From positions 70,781 through 134,780 of the forward strand of contig JAQGDQ010000129.1 of NCBI GenBank assembly GCA_030141605.1: a stretch of DNA of 64,000 nucleotides. Reading direction: 5' to 3'. Within the stretch, counting starts at the first letter, position 1. Each line of letters starts with the position of its first letter. A model generated the notes under the pieces. It saw nothing but the letters and a program-made list of their open reading frames with translations, was not told the origin of the DNA and did not search any database. Source of the DNA: Tubiluchus corallicola (taxonomy: Eukaryota > Animalia > Priapulida). Both the position numbers and the translations under genes were made by a program. Positions 1 to 13,093 of this stretch are shown here, piece by piece.

Positions 1-424
1 CAATGAAAAGATTATGGTACCCCATATACGTGTAATTTAGATTAAAAACAATACTAAACTGCAAAATGAAATTTTTTCTGTCGAAATAGAAAAAAAACTT
101 GCAGCAAGATTTAGTTACAGTAAATATATGGCATCAGTATTACAGTGCATAAAAAGTGATGTTAGATTAAAAATTCAGAGACGACTCTAGCCTGTTTTCC
201 CTATCGTTACGTTTTTGTAAGCATTACCACACTTCAAATATATTATGGTACATTTTGTAATCAACCAAAGTCATCATATGGGCAGCGAACAGTTCAGGTT
301 GCTCAGTAGCTGGAATCTCGATGCCCATCAGCACCGTCATATTGTAAACAAACACAGAAACCGCCACACATATTCGGGTATATCTTACTTTTGAGTAATT
401 ATTTGATTTGAAAAAAAGTTGTGT

Positions 425-466
425 GGGGCCCTAAGCACGTACTTATTTTGCTTAATGGTTAATCCG
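425..466. mobile_element. Probable terminal remnant of a non-autonomous DNA transposon (MITE)
   Basis: GGGGCCCTAAGCACGTACTTATTTTGCTTAATGGTTAATCCG resembles, from memory, the ends of widespread animal MITEs beginning CAGGGCCGGATTAACC. The other end was not found. Confidence 0.3.
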
Positions 467-1040
467 TAATGGCTGCTTTGAACTACTTATCTGTCACGTT
501 TCACTTGATGATAAGTGAACTTTTAAACGCATTACCAGAGAATATGGTCCCCTGTATTTTTAGATACTATGCGACCTGGCATACACAGTTTAAGACCAAT
601 TACTTTTTTAAGCATGACCCTGTAATGATGCTAAGCAAGTAAAACATGCTGATATCTCGTGGTACCAGAAACTGTTAAAGTATTAAAGTAAATATTAAGA
701 CCACCTATTAAAGTAACACAATGATACTAGCCACAGCTCCTCAAAACCAGGGACACTATATTCTAAGAATGGGTGGGGGTGTCAAAGGCCACGATCGAAA
801 TCTACAAAAGTACAAAATCTCTGCACAGAGACGAATTTTCTATTGTACCTCACTAAATGTTTTTTCACATTTATTTAACAGAATGAAACAAAAGACATGC
901 CACTATTTAGAATGGATATGTAATTACAATGAGCCTATCACGACCAGTTATTTGTTTACGAGGTGGAAAAAAACTTGAAAATTAAAACACCCTTTGCTGT
1001 GGGCTCAACTGATTGATAAAACCGCAGTTGCGTGCAATTG

Positions 1041-1054
1041 GTTGTCATGGCAAC
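1041..1054. promoter_or_regulatory. RFX X-box-like palindrome
   Basis: GTTGTCATGGCAAC fits the X-box consensus GTHNYY-AT-RRNAAC. This is a motif match only. Confidence 0.35.
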
Positions 1055-1757
1055 AACCTAATGATGCTCAATTCATTTTGCAGTAAAGCTCGGGGTGTAG
1101 GTATTGAATTATGATACATATCAGGTCAAAAACACAATACAAATACTGCCCATAATAAAGTACTTTTATATTTAATGAAGGTGGGATCATGTTTTGCATA
1201 TATTTTAGCATCTTGGTTTGCCTGTTAAAAGCGCGATGCGAGTATTAAGCCTAATGGGTAAATCAATGTGTGCACACGGTAACACGATATTGAATCAGGA
1301 TTCATGCACGACAGGTATCAACACCTGCAATTTTACTATATATGTGCGCGGTTTCTTTCAAGTACATAGATAACCACAAGAGTTTGGACGAAAAGAAAAA
1401 TTCGTCAAAAGCTAATCTGAAAAATCTGACGAAAGATAATCGGATATTTTAGCTTCACACCGTGTCACCGATTTCGTAATGTAGGTTTCCACAATGTCAT
1501 TCCAGGACTTTGGAGATAGGTCCACTCGAGTAGTTTTAGCCATGAAGCAAGTGCTTTAGACGACAAAGTCAATAAGCTCAAAAAAGCCATCACGAGTTCA
1601 AACGAAACCTTCACTAAGAAAATTAAGCAACATAAAATAATGAACTATTCAAGTACTAAATTAAGATGTATAAAATTTCTAACCAAGTCACAATTACATT
1701 ATAATTTTTGTATAAATGGTAGTTATTCATAAAGAATAGGTTAAAGTTTTGACTTAC

Positions 1758-1858
1758 CTGTTAAATTATAGGTGGCAGGCCTGTAGCTGAGATCGGCAGG
1801 ATCAACTGTTTGATCTTTGCGTGGATAAGAAGGGCCAGGACTGTTCAGATCGCTAGCA
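1758..1858 (-). CDS. Putative internal coding exon of an unknown protein (ASDLNSPGPSYPRKDQTVDPADLSYRPATYNLT)
   Basis: Open frame, strong donor CAG|GTAAGT at 1758/1757 and candidate acceptor GTTTGACCTGTTCTAG. Its peptide resembles that of exon 38916-39044. The 5' boundary is uncertain because the frame stays open to about 1975. Confidence 0.45.
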
Positions 1859-3132
1859 CTAGAACAGGTCAAACGAAACGTGGGTCCAATTCGACCTCTT
1901 CGGTTTCTGTAGGTTTGCACTGATGATGCTCCAATATGCATTGCACACTGGTTGTTTAAAAGTTTCCTTAGTTTTTCTCATTCTCACTGACACTTACATT
2001 TGCTGGTGTAAATCAATTCACACAAATAGGTTTCTGTGCAAATAAATATATTGTGATGCTTTCAGGTATATGTCACATAGGTTTTCCAAGCTGCAGGTAT
2101 TTACGTGATGCATGTTGAAACAGGTGAAGCCACTGACTGTATCTTCTGCTTTCTGCTACCTGTCGGAAACTTGCGCAGCAGTCGCTTATTGGTTGCAGCA
2201 TGAAAAATCAAATAGTTTTAGCCGCAGCTTTTAACTCGTAAAAATTTCACAGTCTCCCATATTTATTGCGATTAAATACACGCAAGGCAGGAATATTGAT
2301 AAGAAATTTAATAAAGTTCCAGATAAGGTAAACACGGATTGTGTGCAATGTTGACAAATAATGTGAAAATTCCAAAATGCACGTCGGGAAAACATTTTAA
2401 AAATATTTCAAAACTATGATGAGCAATTTAACTTGAATACAGTCAAGTTAAAAAAATCAGAATAAATTCCTGAGAACGTTATATTTAGTGAAGCAGTCAA
2501 TTTTGGTCAGTTTTGCTGAAATTGTCTTCTATTACAAAAATCGAGTGATTTCTGAACATCTAGCTAATTACCAAGTTTTAATTAGTTTAAGTTTTAAGAC
2601 ACTGCGCGCAATTCATCCAGATAAATATTGAGAATGAAAATCACTATTGCCAATCTTTTTCACGGTGTTACACACCTTCGTTACTTAAAGAATGACTTTT
2701 GGATTGAAAAAAAATTACCAAAAAATTTCAATCAACGTTCCTTTGATCAGCTAGTGACTTTTAATGAATCACTCCTCGCATAACTCTAATAACGTTAATT
2801 TTGCATATGAAAGGTGACATAACTACAAACTAGCCATATTACGCAACGCACGTGAACTGGCGTGATTTGTAAGAAACATAACATAAGTTTTTAAGCTTTA
2901 TTTATGAAGTCCTTTCATGTCTCTTAATGGACTTCAGTACAAAATGACAGACTGAATGTATGAATTGATGCTCACTTGCAAATGTCTGTGAAAATGAGAA
3001 AAACCAAGGAAACATTTAAACAACTAGTGTGCAACGCATACTGGAGCATCATCAATGCAAATCTACCGAAACTGGAGAGGTCGAATTGGACCCCAGTTTC
3101 GTTTGACCTGTTCCAATGCTAAAAATTTGAAT
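1843..3132. repeat. Inverted duplication: arms about 1843-1998 and 2977-3132 with a spacer of about 1 kb
   Basis: The reverse complement of the left arm aligns without gaps to the right arm over about 155 bp at roughly 80-85% identity by eye (both carry GAGGTCGAATTGGACCC and GTTTCGTTTGACCTGTTC). Confidence 0.9.
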
Positions 3133-3577
3133 AAAATGATGTCTTTCCATCATCGCAAATGACTGTCGCATTATAGTGTCGTAAATGTTGACACGAAATT
3201 TAGCTTAGCCGTTGAAGTTGCGAATGCTGCATCGTCTGTTATTGACAAGATTTTCCTTTATTCACACTAAATGTACGCGACAAGGTGAAAAATTCTAAGC
3301 CGAGAAAACTAATTTAACAAGGGCAAAATGACAAACCCCGGAGCAATTAATTTCTGGTCAAAGATACTTTTCATCAAATTTTTTATTAACATTTCTAACA
3401 AGTAAACGTGACCCCATATATTAGCCCAATTTCATAAAAATAAGTGCACTGTTACGAAATTAACATTCTAAGCTGTGCGACAAAACAAAAATATGATACA
3501 CACTAAAAGAATACTCATCACAACAAGTAATTAAAATTGATTGGCTAAGTTGAAAAAATACAAGTCCTTGAGAAACT

Positions 3578-3651
3578 GTGAGCTAACCAGGACTGGAACC
3601 CAAAGCCTTCTGATTACAGGTCGCTCGCTTTACGATTTGCGCTATCGACCC
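3578..3651 (-). mobile_element. tRNA-derived SINE head or tRNA pseudogene
   Basis: Minus strand reads GGGTCGATAGCGCAAATCGTAAAGCG...TGTAATCAGAAGG...GGTTCCAGTCCTGG, with degenerate Pol III A and B boxes at tRNA spacing. No intact cloverleaf. Confidence 0.55.
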
Positions 3652-4798
3652 AACACAGTCGAATAAGTATGACATCTCATCATAATGCAGGCAACAGATA
3701 AGATACTAATAATATTTCATATACACTGAATACACGCAACAATGAATGTTGACTTACACACAAAAACAGCAACAATCAGGTACATATAGCGATTTAATAG
3801 CAGTAGAAAATTAAAACATAATTGAAAAGTGTTGAACTTTCAACTGAATTTGTCTACTCAGAGTGGGACGTCGAAGTCAGAAGTGTGGTGCCTCCAAAAC
3901 TTATAGGGCTGAGTCACATCTAAAATACCTTTTTTAACCCTCACAAGAACAGGAAATTACATGTACTACAAGTAAAACGTGACCGATTAGTCCGAAGTGT
4001 TCCACCAAAGGCAAAAAACTACGGTTACTTTTCTTCGGTGTCGAGCTGCCAAAATGCTTGCTAATTCCTATGTTCTCTCTATATACATGTCGCACATAAG
4101 GTGTGTAAATTAAAAAATGGGCATTAAATCAGCAAATTCATTCCTTGCTTATTTTATTTTGTTTTTTACGGAGGTGTCTGATCGGCGCTCCAATACGCTC
4201 CGATAAAAACACCCCCTTCCACAGAAGATACAACACTTATACAATGTGTTCTTTCTCATGTGCTCCTAGTCAGCCTTGAGAGAGAAAGAGACGGGGGAAG
4301 AGAGAAAGAGAAAGGGAGAAAGAGAATGAGAGTGAGAAAGAAAAAGAACGACAAACAACTTGTGGCTAATGCTAAATGTCGTGGTTGCAATTGTTAAAGA
4401 GTAAACTGTTTCGAAAAAAAAACTAAAATCTCAAGTTGCTGTAGTAGGTCGCTGCAGTAGACTTATGAAACGAATATGATATTACTAAAGTAATTGTCTC
4501 CTCACGTGATCGCTATTTTAACATTTTTTTAAATAATGAGGGAGTAACGAAACATCCGCATTTCCAGACTTGATATTTTTGTGCATTATGCGATGTGCAA
4601 AGCGCTTGCAGTCTTTCTGACATGATAGCTGTTTCTTAACCCTATTTATTGATTGACAGAAAGCAATGTTGTTTCCAAGTTTGTACGGACTTATTAGCAA
4701 GCGAAACAATAAAATTTTCGTACATAAATTTGTCTTATAAGTGCGCACAAGTATTCTTTCTCGCTATTAAACAAAATCAATGTGATTCACAGAGGCTA

Positions 4799-4812
4799 GT
4801 TGCCATGGTTAC
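4799..4812. promoter_or_regulatory. RFX X-box-like palindrome
   Basis: GTTGCCATGGTTAC (reverse complement GTAACCATGGCAAC) fits the X-box consensus. This is a motif match only. Confidence 0.4.
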
Positions 4813-6951
4813 AAGTCTACTTGAAAAAAAGTTTGAGGGAATTACGCGTCATATTGTATCAGTACAAAGGCACCTGATTAGGGAAACCAATCTTGTAAAT
4901 ACAAACATGCAAATAAAGAATTCCGTAATACATGTATATTTAAAACAGTTGATTACACGATTCAGTAAATTCTTCGCTGCACACGAAGTGAGCAGTCAGC
5001 TACTGTAAAAATACGAAAAAAAAACTAATTTGTGCTCCAGTAATAGTTCCATGCGTATGTTAGCAGGTAAGTAAACTGGTAATTTTAAGAGACTGTAAAA
5101 ATACAGCAGAGAAAACATTTTGAAAAGAAACTGAGAAGGCCACCTTTAAATGGAAGAAATATTTATTCACAATATATTTTCCTAGGTGAACTAAGTAAAA
5201 TTTAATTACTAGTTATTACCTTAGTTTTTCCTATTTATTTAACAAACGTTATCTATTTATTTGAATTAAATTTGTTTCATGCGTTAATTATTTATAATAT
5301 TAATTTCGATGTTATCAATAATATTGAACGAATAAATCTGCAGCAGTTAACATTTAGAAATCAGAATAGACTGAAAAGAATTAAGGAAATATAAAAAAGA
5401 TGTGACTGAAGTTGGATTTGAACCAGGTCCCTTTAGTTAATAAACGCGAAAATTAGTTTCTGGTTCTTATCCAAGTTTAGCTTTTCCAAATATTTTTATT
5501 TCCATCTACCTTGGTTTCAAACTTTTGGTAACAACTACTTTGGTATCACTGTTTTGTACATTGTAAAGCTAGGTACCCCTGAGGTGAAAATAATAAAAAC
5601 ATTCACCTGTACAGATGAGGAAAACAGTGGCGATTATATCAGACTTTAGAAATAGGTAGGCACAAAAGCATTTTTGAATTTCGTGTTAATTGCTATTTGT
5701 ATATAGATGCTAACGCTTTTGCAGTGAAACTACTAACCAACTTAAACAAGCACACTGAGTTGGGTGGGAAAAATGCCATCAGATTAGTCGCGTAACCTAC
5801 ATAAGTCTCACAGTTAGTAGTTTCACAAATGATTTTTATTCAGCAAACGACACAATCAGTCAGTCAATTCACACAATATTTTGTTCGCGGCATACATATC
5901 GTTAAAGTAGTGCATTACCTGACCTAAAGGTGGCGCTTCTACACAGTATCTCACCTGTCGGTAATTAGTGTAGTAAAAGATATCTGATGTGTAACGCGCA
6001 TGGGCTAGAATTTCACACATGCTATCGATTATCAATCTCGGGAAACTTCACTCACGGGTGGGAAGTAATCGTACAACAAGAAAAAAATCACACATCAAGT
6101 TAATCAGCGGAAAGATTTGTTTATTATTTTATTGTTGCGATGAAAATAAAGCCAGTTTTTTCAACTTACGTCGCATGCCAGTTCTAACGCCTGGAGCTAA
6201 CTATTCAGTCTAGTTGAGATGTAGATAATTTTTATTACGCACACCTAAATCGTTGTTGAATTTAAAAAAATGGCACGAGGAAATTTTGGCGGCGATGTGC
6301 GTTTATTTGCACGAGAACGTTATTTTTAGATTAACCAGGATTCTTAAAAGAGAAATTTTTACAAAAAGTATTGTATAACAATTACAAATTTAACTTGCTG
6401 GCGTAAAACACACCTTGATGATTATATATAACTGGATAAAATGTCTTTTATTTTTTCTTGTTCCTCATATCTGGCTCAACATCGTGATATTTATAGCATC
6501 ATGGTACAAGCTATTCAGCTTTTCAAACTGTGCCTTCAGCACGTTTATTTTTAGGCGAACTCGCAATCTCTTAATTTAATATAAACTGCTGTTGATACTT
6601 ATTACTAATTTTGTCAGATTTTTTTCGTTCTTTACTGCACTTTATTTCGCAGTTTCTTTGTAGAGTGCATAGCCATTTGCATGTTTGGACGAAATGTGTA
6701 ATAAGAATTTTTGAAACAAGACTGTACGAATTATTAAGATGTTAACACTTACAATATTGCTCAGTAAAAAAGCTAAATGGATTTCAACCAAAACAAACTG
6801 ATTATATTAAGATTTAAGCAGAGAGAAAGTTACTGTAAGATGACATTTTCGAAGGTCGCTGCGAATGTCATAGAGTAAACCCAGAGGCATTCAAATCTCG
6901 CATAAACCATAATATTCGGTCTTGCTCAGATAAAGCACGAGAGGAAAAGAA

Positions 6952-7080
<129 letters not shown>

Positions 7081-7952
7081 TGTGTGGACAATTAATTAAA
7101 GTTCTATACAGTACCAGCACGCATCCCGAATAACCTATCAATTCATACTTTATCTTTTTCCGAGTATGCATGGTTGTGAACAATGGACATTTATTGGTGA
7201 CTAGACATACTACCTCTTACACACTAGCAAAGAGACGACGTTCATCAAGTTTTTGACTACTGCTATAATATGCAATTAGATAATGCATTTCATCGATTTT
7301 ACGAAAGCGCCTTTGCCAAAATTTGCGTCATGACTTTACATATAAGTCGTCCCTTGAACGCCCCAAAATTGCACGACAAACACCTGCCAAATGATCAATT
7401 TGCAGTTATTTACGAATTATTTAGCGAATAATATAAATAGGAATCCATTTTCATTGACGTCAACTAGCAGTGCATTTTGTTGTTGTTCATGTGGTTGTCT
7501 TTTCCAATTAGTACACCCGACATGTCACATTAATGCTAGTCACGTTTCGAGATAATTGGTCGACGATTATCCGCGGCTTTTTAACTGCATCCAACATTAT
7601 TCGGATATAAAATCATTTATTGCACGACTGCAGGACATTAGATGTACAGTTGCAGGAATAGTAAGAAACTTGGAAAGTTCTAATGTGGCATTAACTGAAT
7701 CTAGCAAGAAGGAACAGTCCTTGTTAGTCGAAGATAACGTTGTAAGGTTGTCCTTCGAGTTCTCTAAGCTCTAGATCTTTATTTTCTTGTCTTCTAGATG
7801 TCAAAACTAGCCGTCTCGTTTCACTGGCCATACTACGCCCGACTATTTTACCTCGTTAAGGAGGATGTATACAAATCCGAACATGCTTAAATAACTAGTT
7901 ATATAACGTCTTACTAGATAACTGTCTCGCTTAACTGTTAATTTTAGTACAC

Positions 7953-8392
7953 GTAGTAGGGCGCTAGCACTTGGATTTCGGAAATACGTTGTACAAAAAC
8001 TGGAGCTATAGTTCTCAGTTTAGAGGTGTTCGTTTGTGACGTATACTGCAAATGTTCGACAGCTCATACATGAGCACAGCGGTAAATTTTAAAATTGAAT
8101 TTTATCTAAAAATTTGCCAAATTTTAACACGCTGAATCTCTCGCACTTCAGTTGTACTTCAATTTTCGCTTTTGCGAACACGTGCAACACGTTCATGGAA
8201 TGTTTTTGCTATTGAAAATTATGTTCGTTTGTGATATGATCAATAGTTGGGCTCGCCAGCCGTTAATTAAGATCTTAATCTATTATTTAATTACCAGAAA
8301 CGCCTTTGCAGTATTATTGGTGTTAAAACGTATACTTTTTACCGTACAAGAAAATGGGGTAGTAAATGAAAAATCATCCTGTCTTCCTTTAA
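7953..8392 (-). mobile_element. Non-autonomous TTAA DNA transposon (Kolobok-like), family 1, partial copy
   Basis: Aligns to the 22999-23674 copy and ends CATCCTGTCTTCCT-TTAA. Confidence 0.8.
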
Positions 8393-8504
8393 AAATGACA
8401 AATTATAAAATACTTACATAGGCTGGTGTACTGCATATTTTACAAATCAAAAGACATTTCGTCGTGTTCATAGAAATGACAACCCATTAAAAGCTTTGCT
8501 CAGA

Positions 8505-8689
<185 letters not shown>

Positions 8690-9349
8690 TACTTTTACTC
8701 TCGTCGTATAATGCCTTTATCTGCAAGTATGCCATTATAACTTTCCTGCTTCAGAGTTGAAACCTGATTGAAAATTGAACTGCGCCTTACTTCCCTCATC
8801 ATAACAGTTGAACCACTTAGTCAGAGAAATGCGCAGTAAGCGATTTGATGTCACTCGGGAATGTTAATGCTGATGTTGTGTTTTCTAATTTAATCATCAG
8901 GGTAAGTGAATTCTACGCAAGAAAAATAAATTAATGCTGAACTGCTGCCACGAATCGATAATAACAAATTTAAATAAGACAGTTACGAAAATGCAGCGTG
9001 TTGTTTTAATCGATAGGGAAGCGAGACAGAAACGTGGCCTAATGACCTTCGAGAGAGTACATCATTATAGCCTGAAATATTGGCTTAATTACGGAAAAAT
9101 ACGGTTGACTTTTACTGACCGTGATGCTTTTTTAAATTAATCATCAAACAAATTACATTAAAAGCTTTTAGGTGGATTAAACAAGTGTGAAATAATCTTT
9201 AGACAACGTTTTCTAGCTCTTTGTTAGAATACCTAGCAACTTTGTAAAAAACCATAAAACTCAACTCACACAATAAAAGTTGTACCGAATTAATGTTCTT
9301 ATTCGGACAAGTTGTTTGTTCGCAAACTATTTTTTCTTTATTTTTTCTT

Positions 9350-10275
9350 CTAATTAAATTATATGACAAATGCGAAGTTTGTTAAATTGGTGAAAAAAAA
9401 TCAGACTATTAAAATGTATTGTGTGGTGTGCAGGGAAGTATTTTAGGTCCAAAGTTATTTTACTGTAAATAAATGTTGCATGCAACTTTCCAAATTTCTA
9501 AATTTTATCCTTTTTGCAGATGATTCGAGCGTATATTGCTCAGGGGTAATTTAAAACAGTTGTGCACTGCACAAAGTGTAGAACTAGAAAGGCCAAATGA
9601 CTGGTTTGCAATCAAAACAAAAAAGAATTTTTCGTTATTAGGTGTGCGGTTTGTTAATAGTTACGGTTTGTTAATCAAATTGGTAATGAAAGTGTGCATT
9701 CTTTTTTTCGGGTGTAAATTTCTGAATGTAACTATAAATGACAACCTTTCGTATAAAGTACAGTACAGATCAAAGTGATCAAAATTGTCTCACGTATGAT
9801 CTTTCGTGTATAAACACATGTATATTCTAGATCGCTAGGAAAATTCTTGATTTTTCGTTAATTTGTCCATAATTGGACTATTGTTTAGAAATCTCAGGTA
9901 ACAATTATTGGTGGAATTTTTGCCTTTACCTTTGCAGAAAAAGCTATTATAATTATGAATATATAAAGCAGGGTATCACGACCATACTAGTTTAATGTGT
10001 CAAAATTTAAAAATACTGAAGCTAAAAGATTTAGTAGATATGAAAGCAGTAATGATCAAGTTCAAAGAAAAATATGAAACGTTACTAGAAGCTGCAAAGC
10101 TTGTTTTTATAAACACTAATTTTGAAAAATGTAAACGATAATTTGATAATTTTTAAAGTACCTAAAGTAAGAATGACATTTAAAAAATGTGTGTTTCTTC
10201 ATGTAGCCAAATTTGTAGATTTACTTCCATGTCCAGTTAAGCGAAAGTAAATAAGTGAATGCATTTTAAAAAGTG
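9350..10275 (+). mobile_element. Decayed 5'-truncated non-LTR retrotransposon (CR1/L2-group LINE): RT core and C-terminus
   Basis: Frameshifted motifs in the expected order: CGVQGSILGPKLF (about 9422-9460), SKFLNFILFADDSSV (about 9489-9533), DWF, KFLNVTINDNLSYK, LDYCLEISGN, LQKKAI, LKILKLKDL. A GT-rich microsatellite tail follows (about 10273-10318). Confidence 0.9.
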
Positions 10276-10410
10276 CGTGCATGTGTGCGTGTGTGCGTGT
10301 GCATATGTGTGCATGTGTTCTTATTGTTTTTCATTTTATTCTTCTTATGATAGATAAAGTAGACTAGATGCAATGTGATTTTTAGTTTGTGCACGATTTT
10401 GACACAGTTT

Positions 10411-10680
10411 TTAAAGGAAAACACGATGATTTTTCATATCCTACCCCATTTTGAGGTACGGTCAAAAGTATGCATTTTAAAACCTATGATAATTAGGTTA
10501 AAAACTTAATTAACAGCAGGCGAGCCCAACTAGTAGATGACATCACAAATGAACGTAATTTTTTTTAACAGCACAAACATTTCACGAGCGTGTTGCACGT
10601 GTTTGCGAAAGCGAAAATTGAAGAACTGTACGATGTTTAGTGTGACATACAATAACTCGGCAAATTTTAAAATTAAAATA
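10411..10680 (+). mobile_element. Kolobok-like family 1, partial copy
   Basis: Starts TTAA-AGGAAAACACGATGATTTTTCATATCCTACCCC and aligns to the other copies. Confidence 0.8.
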
Positions 10681-12146
10681 AAGCCTGATCTTCAGTCATG
10701 CAAAGACATCTAAAACAGTTAGGCTGGATTGTTTTCACAAGAAACAACAGTAAAGCTAAATGAAATTGTAAGTTTATTAAACGAAAAGCAATCTCGCGCT
10801 AACAATTTCATTTCATTACCTGTTGTTATAGCACGGAAATGTGCAGTTTTGAAAGTAAAATGAAAAGAGAGGATTTTTCATCCTTAAGGTAGGAATGGCT
10901 CTATCTTGTTATGTCTGCCTTCAAAGTATTGTCTGCATGGGTACCTGTTGTATATCTAAGGCCATGAATAATTTCTGAGCCAGACTGAATATCTAAGGAG
11001 GACGCAATTCCAGAAATGCCCAAAGTGCGTTCAAAGCCTGCGCGTACTGAACTTTTAAAACACTTGATTCATTGAGCCAAAGATTAGTAACGATAAAATC
11101 ACACTATATGCAGCATTTTGCTGCCATAAGTGAATCTCCCAAGCATGTAAACCACTGAGATTTTCGGACACTGAAGAAGCTACTCGGTCGACACAGAACA
11201 ATCCTGAATAACCAGTGAGAATTTTACTGTGTTTCGCCCATTGAGGCACTCTATCTGAGGGAAGACGAGCTGAACATCAAGCAGGAAGTCAGAAACGCAT
11301 CTAAATCAAAGCAACATCTGTAGAAATCACAAAGGTTGGTGACAGTGCATATGTTGCAATTCATCCATTCATACATGCACCAGACCTTCAGTTTGTTTGT
11401 TTGATTAGTTTAGTTTAATGCCCAGGAATACCTGCTGACCAATCAAAGTTAATAAAACGTTCAAATGTCCAGGAAAATCATATTTCCAAACTGCTACATA
11501 ACTTTTGAATACCTCTGCTGCGTTCTCTAATCAACGTTGTTGATCTACGTTGTTCTGTCCTTCGGGTGATAAGCTGAGTTCCACATTTTTGCAGGCAATA
11601 TGCAACAATAAATATATTATGGGTAAAAACCTTTCAGCTCCTTTACTAACCAATCTTTGTATAAATTCGTCATTGCAATGTTAATGGTATGTAGTTCCAT
11701 ACAATTTTCAAGATTGCAATGCTAATGCACGTATTCATTCTACAGAATGGATAAAGTATACACGGTCGAATAGGGCATATCAATTTTTAAATTCGTTATC
11801 TGTTACCTGTTTCACGTGGATTTTAGCTGTTAACTGAAAAACATGCTCTCAGCTACGTTCAAATGATTTTACCTTTCATGGGCGAAGGTGTATATGCAAT
11901 GTTTAGAAATTTATCCATTTATTCCCATTGGCAAATGCAAAACTCGTGTCACTTTCACTGTGAAAGTAACTCCCAAACAGCTTCATATACCAAGTATCTA
12001 AAATCTATTTTCAGGTTTTTCGTCAACATTCAAAATGAGTCATTTAACACTCGATGAATGTTTACGCTAATTACTCTATGTGAGTAGTGAGAAAGCCTCT
12101 CTGTTATAAATCATTCATTTGTGACTACGTAACCAAGTTCCACCGA

Positions 12147-12700
12147 TTAAAGGAAAACAGGATGATTTTTCATATCCTAGCCAATTTCGAAATTAGGTAA
12201 AAAGTATAAATTTTAAGACCTATAATAATGCCAAACCGTTTCTTGTAATTAAATAATAGATTAAAAGCTTAATTAACGACAACCAGTGATGGCGTCACAA
12301 CTGAACCTAATTTTCAACTGCATAAACATTCCATGAGGGCGTCGCACATATTTGCAAAATCGAAAATTGAAGCACAATGCTACTGTACATTGTACACCAC
12401 TTAGTGTGATATACAAAGACTTGGCAAATTTTAAGTTTAAAATTTCAAGTTACCAGTGTGCTCACGCATTAGCTCTCGAACGTGTGCACTACGTCACAAC
12501 TGAAGACCTCTGAATTGTGAAATATACCACCTGTTTTCGTGCAACGCGTTTCCGAGATGCAAACTCTAGTGTCAATCTAACTAGCAAATGAAATGCATAA
12601 CACATAGCGAAGAACTAACCGCAAGAACGCGAGATTGGCATTTGTGGTAACAATTCTTTCACGCAAGTCATTCTACAAAAAGTAATATGTTCCCATCTCA
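12147..12700 (+). mobile_element. Kolobok-like family 1, near-complete copy
   Basis: Starts TTAA-AGGAAAACAGGATGATTTTTCATATCC and is colinear with 27362-27908. The right end is approximate. Confidence 0.8.
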
Positions 12701-12805
12701 TCTTACATAGGATAGATTGTCCGCTCAGCACACTAACCCTCAACCCAAAACAAGGCTTGAGCTGGGACGAAGTTATTTTTTAAAACGATTCATGTCCTCT
12801 GAAAG

Positions 12806-12939
12806 ATTAATGTCTTCAAGAATCCACGCAAAGGCTTGACAAGTGAATGGGACTTATTTGATGAGAGCTCAACAGTGCGGCCAGTGAGTCCAAGGACCCT
12901 GAATACACACGCAGACACACAGCGTCGTCCTTTTAGACA
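12806..12939 (+). CDS. Possible isolated coding exon (INVFKNPRKGLTSEWDLFDESSTVRPVSPRTLNTHADTQRRPFR)
   Basis: 44 open codons between an AG and a GTGAGT donor, with higher GC than the flanks. No recognisable homology. Confidence 0.25.
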
Positions 12940-13034
12940 GTGAGTTTGAAGAACAGAGATTTTTGGCGCTAGCGATACAGTAATTCTTTGTCATCATTAT
13001 TCTCAAATATTGCTGCCTTTATGGTATTCTCTAT

Positions 13035-13093
13035 ACGACGACGACGACGACGATGACGATGATGATGATGATGATGACGACGACGATGATGAT
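13035..13093. repeat. (GAC)n/(GAT)n compound microsatellite
   Basis: Directly visible. Confidence 0.97.

Noticed and set aside
7285-7320. FIDFTKA, resembling the LINE RT motif FIDFxKAFD
   Set aside because: Only seven residues, with no flanking RT motifs in register; could be chance.
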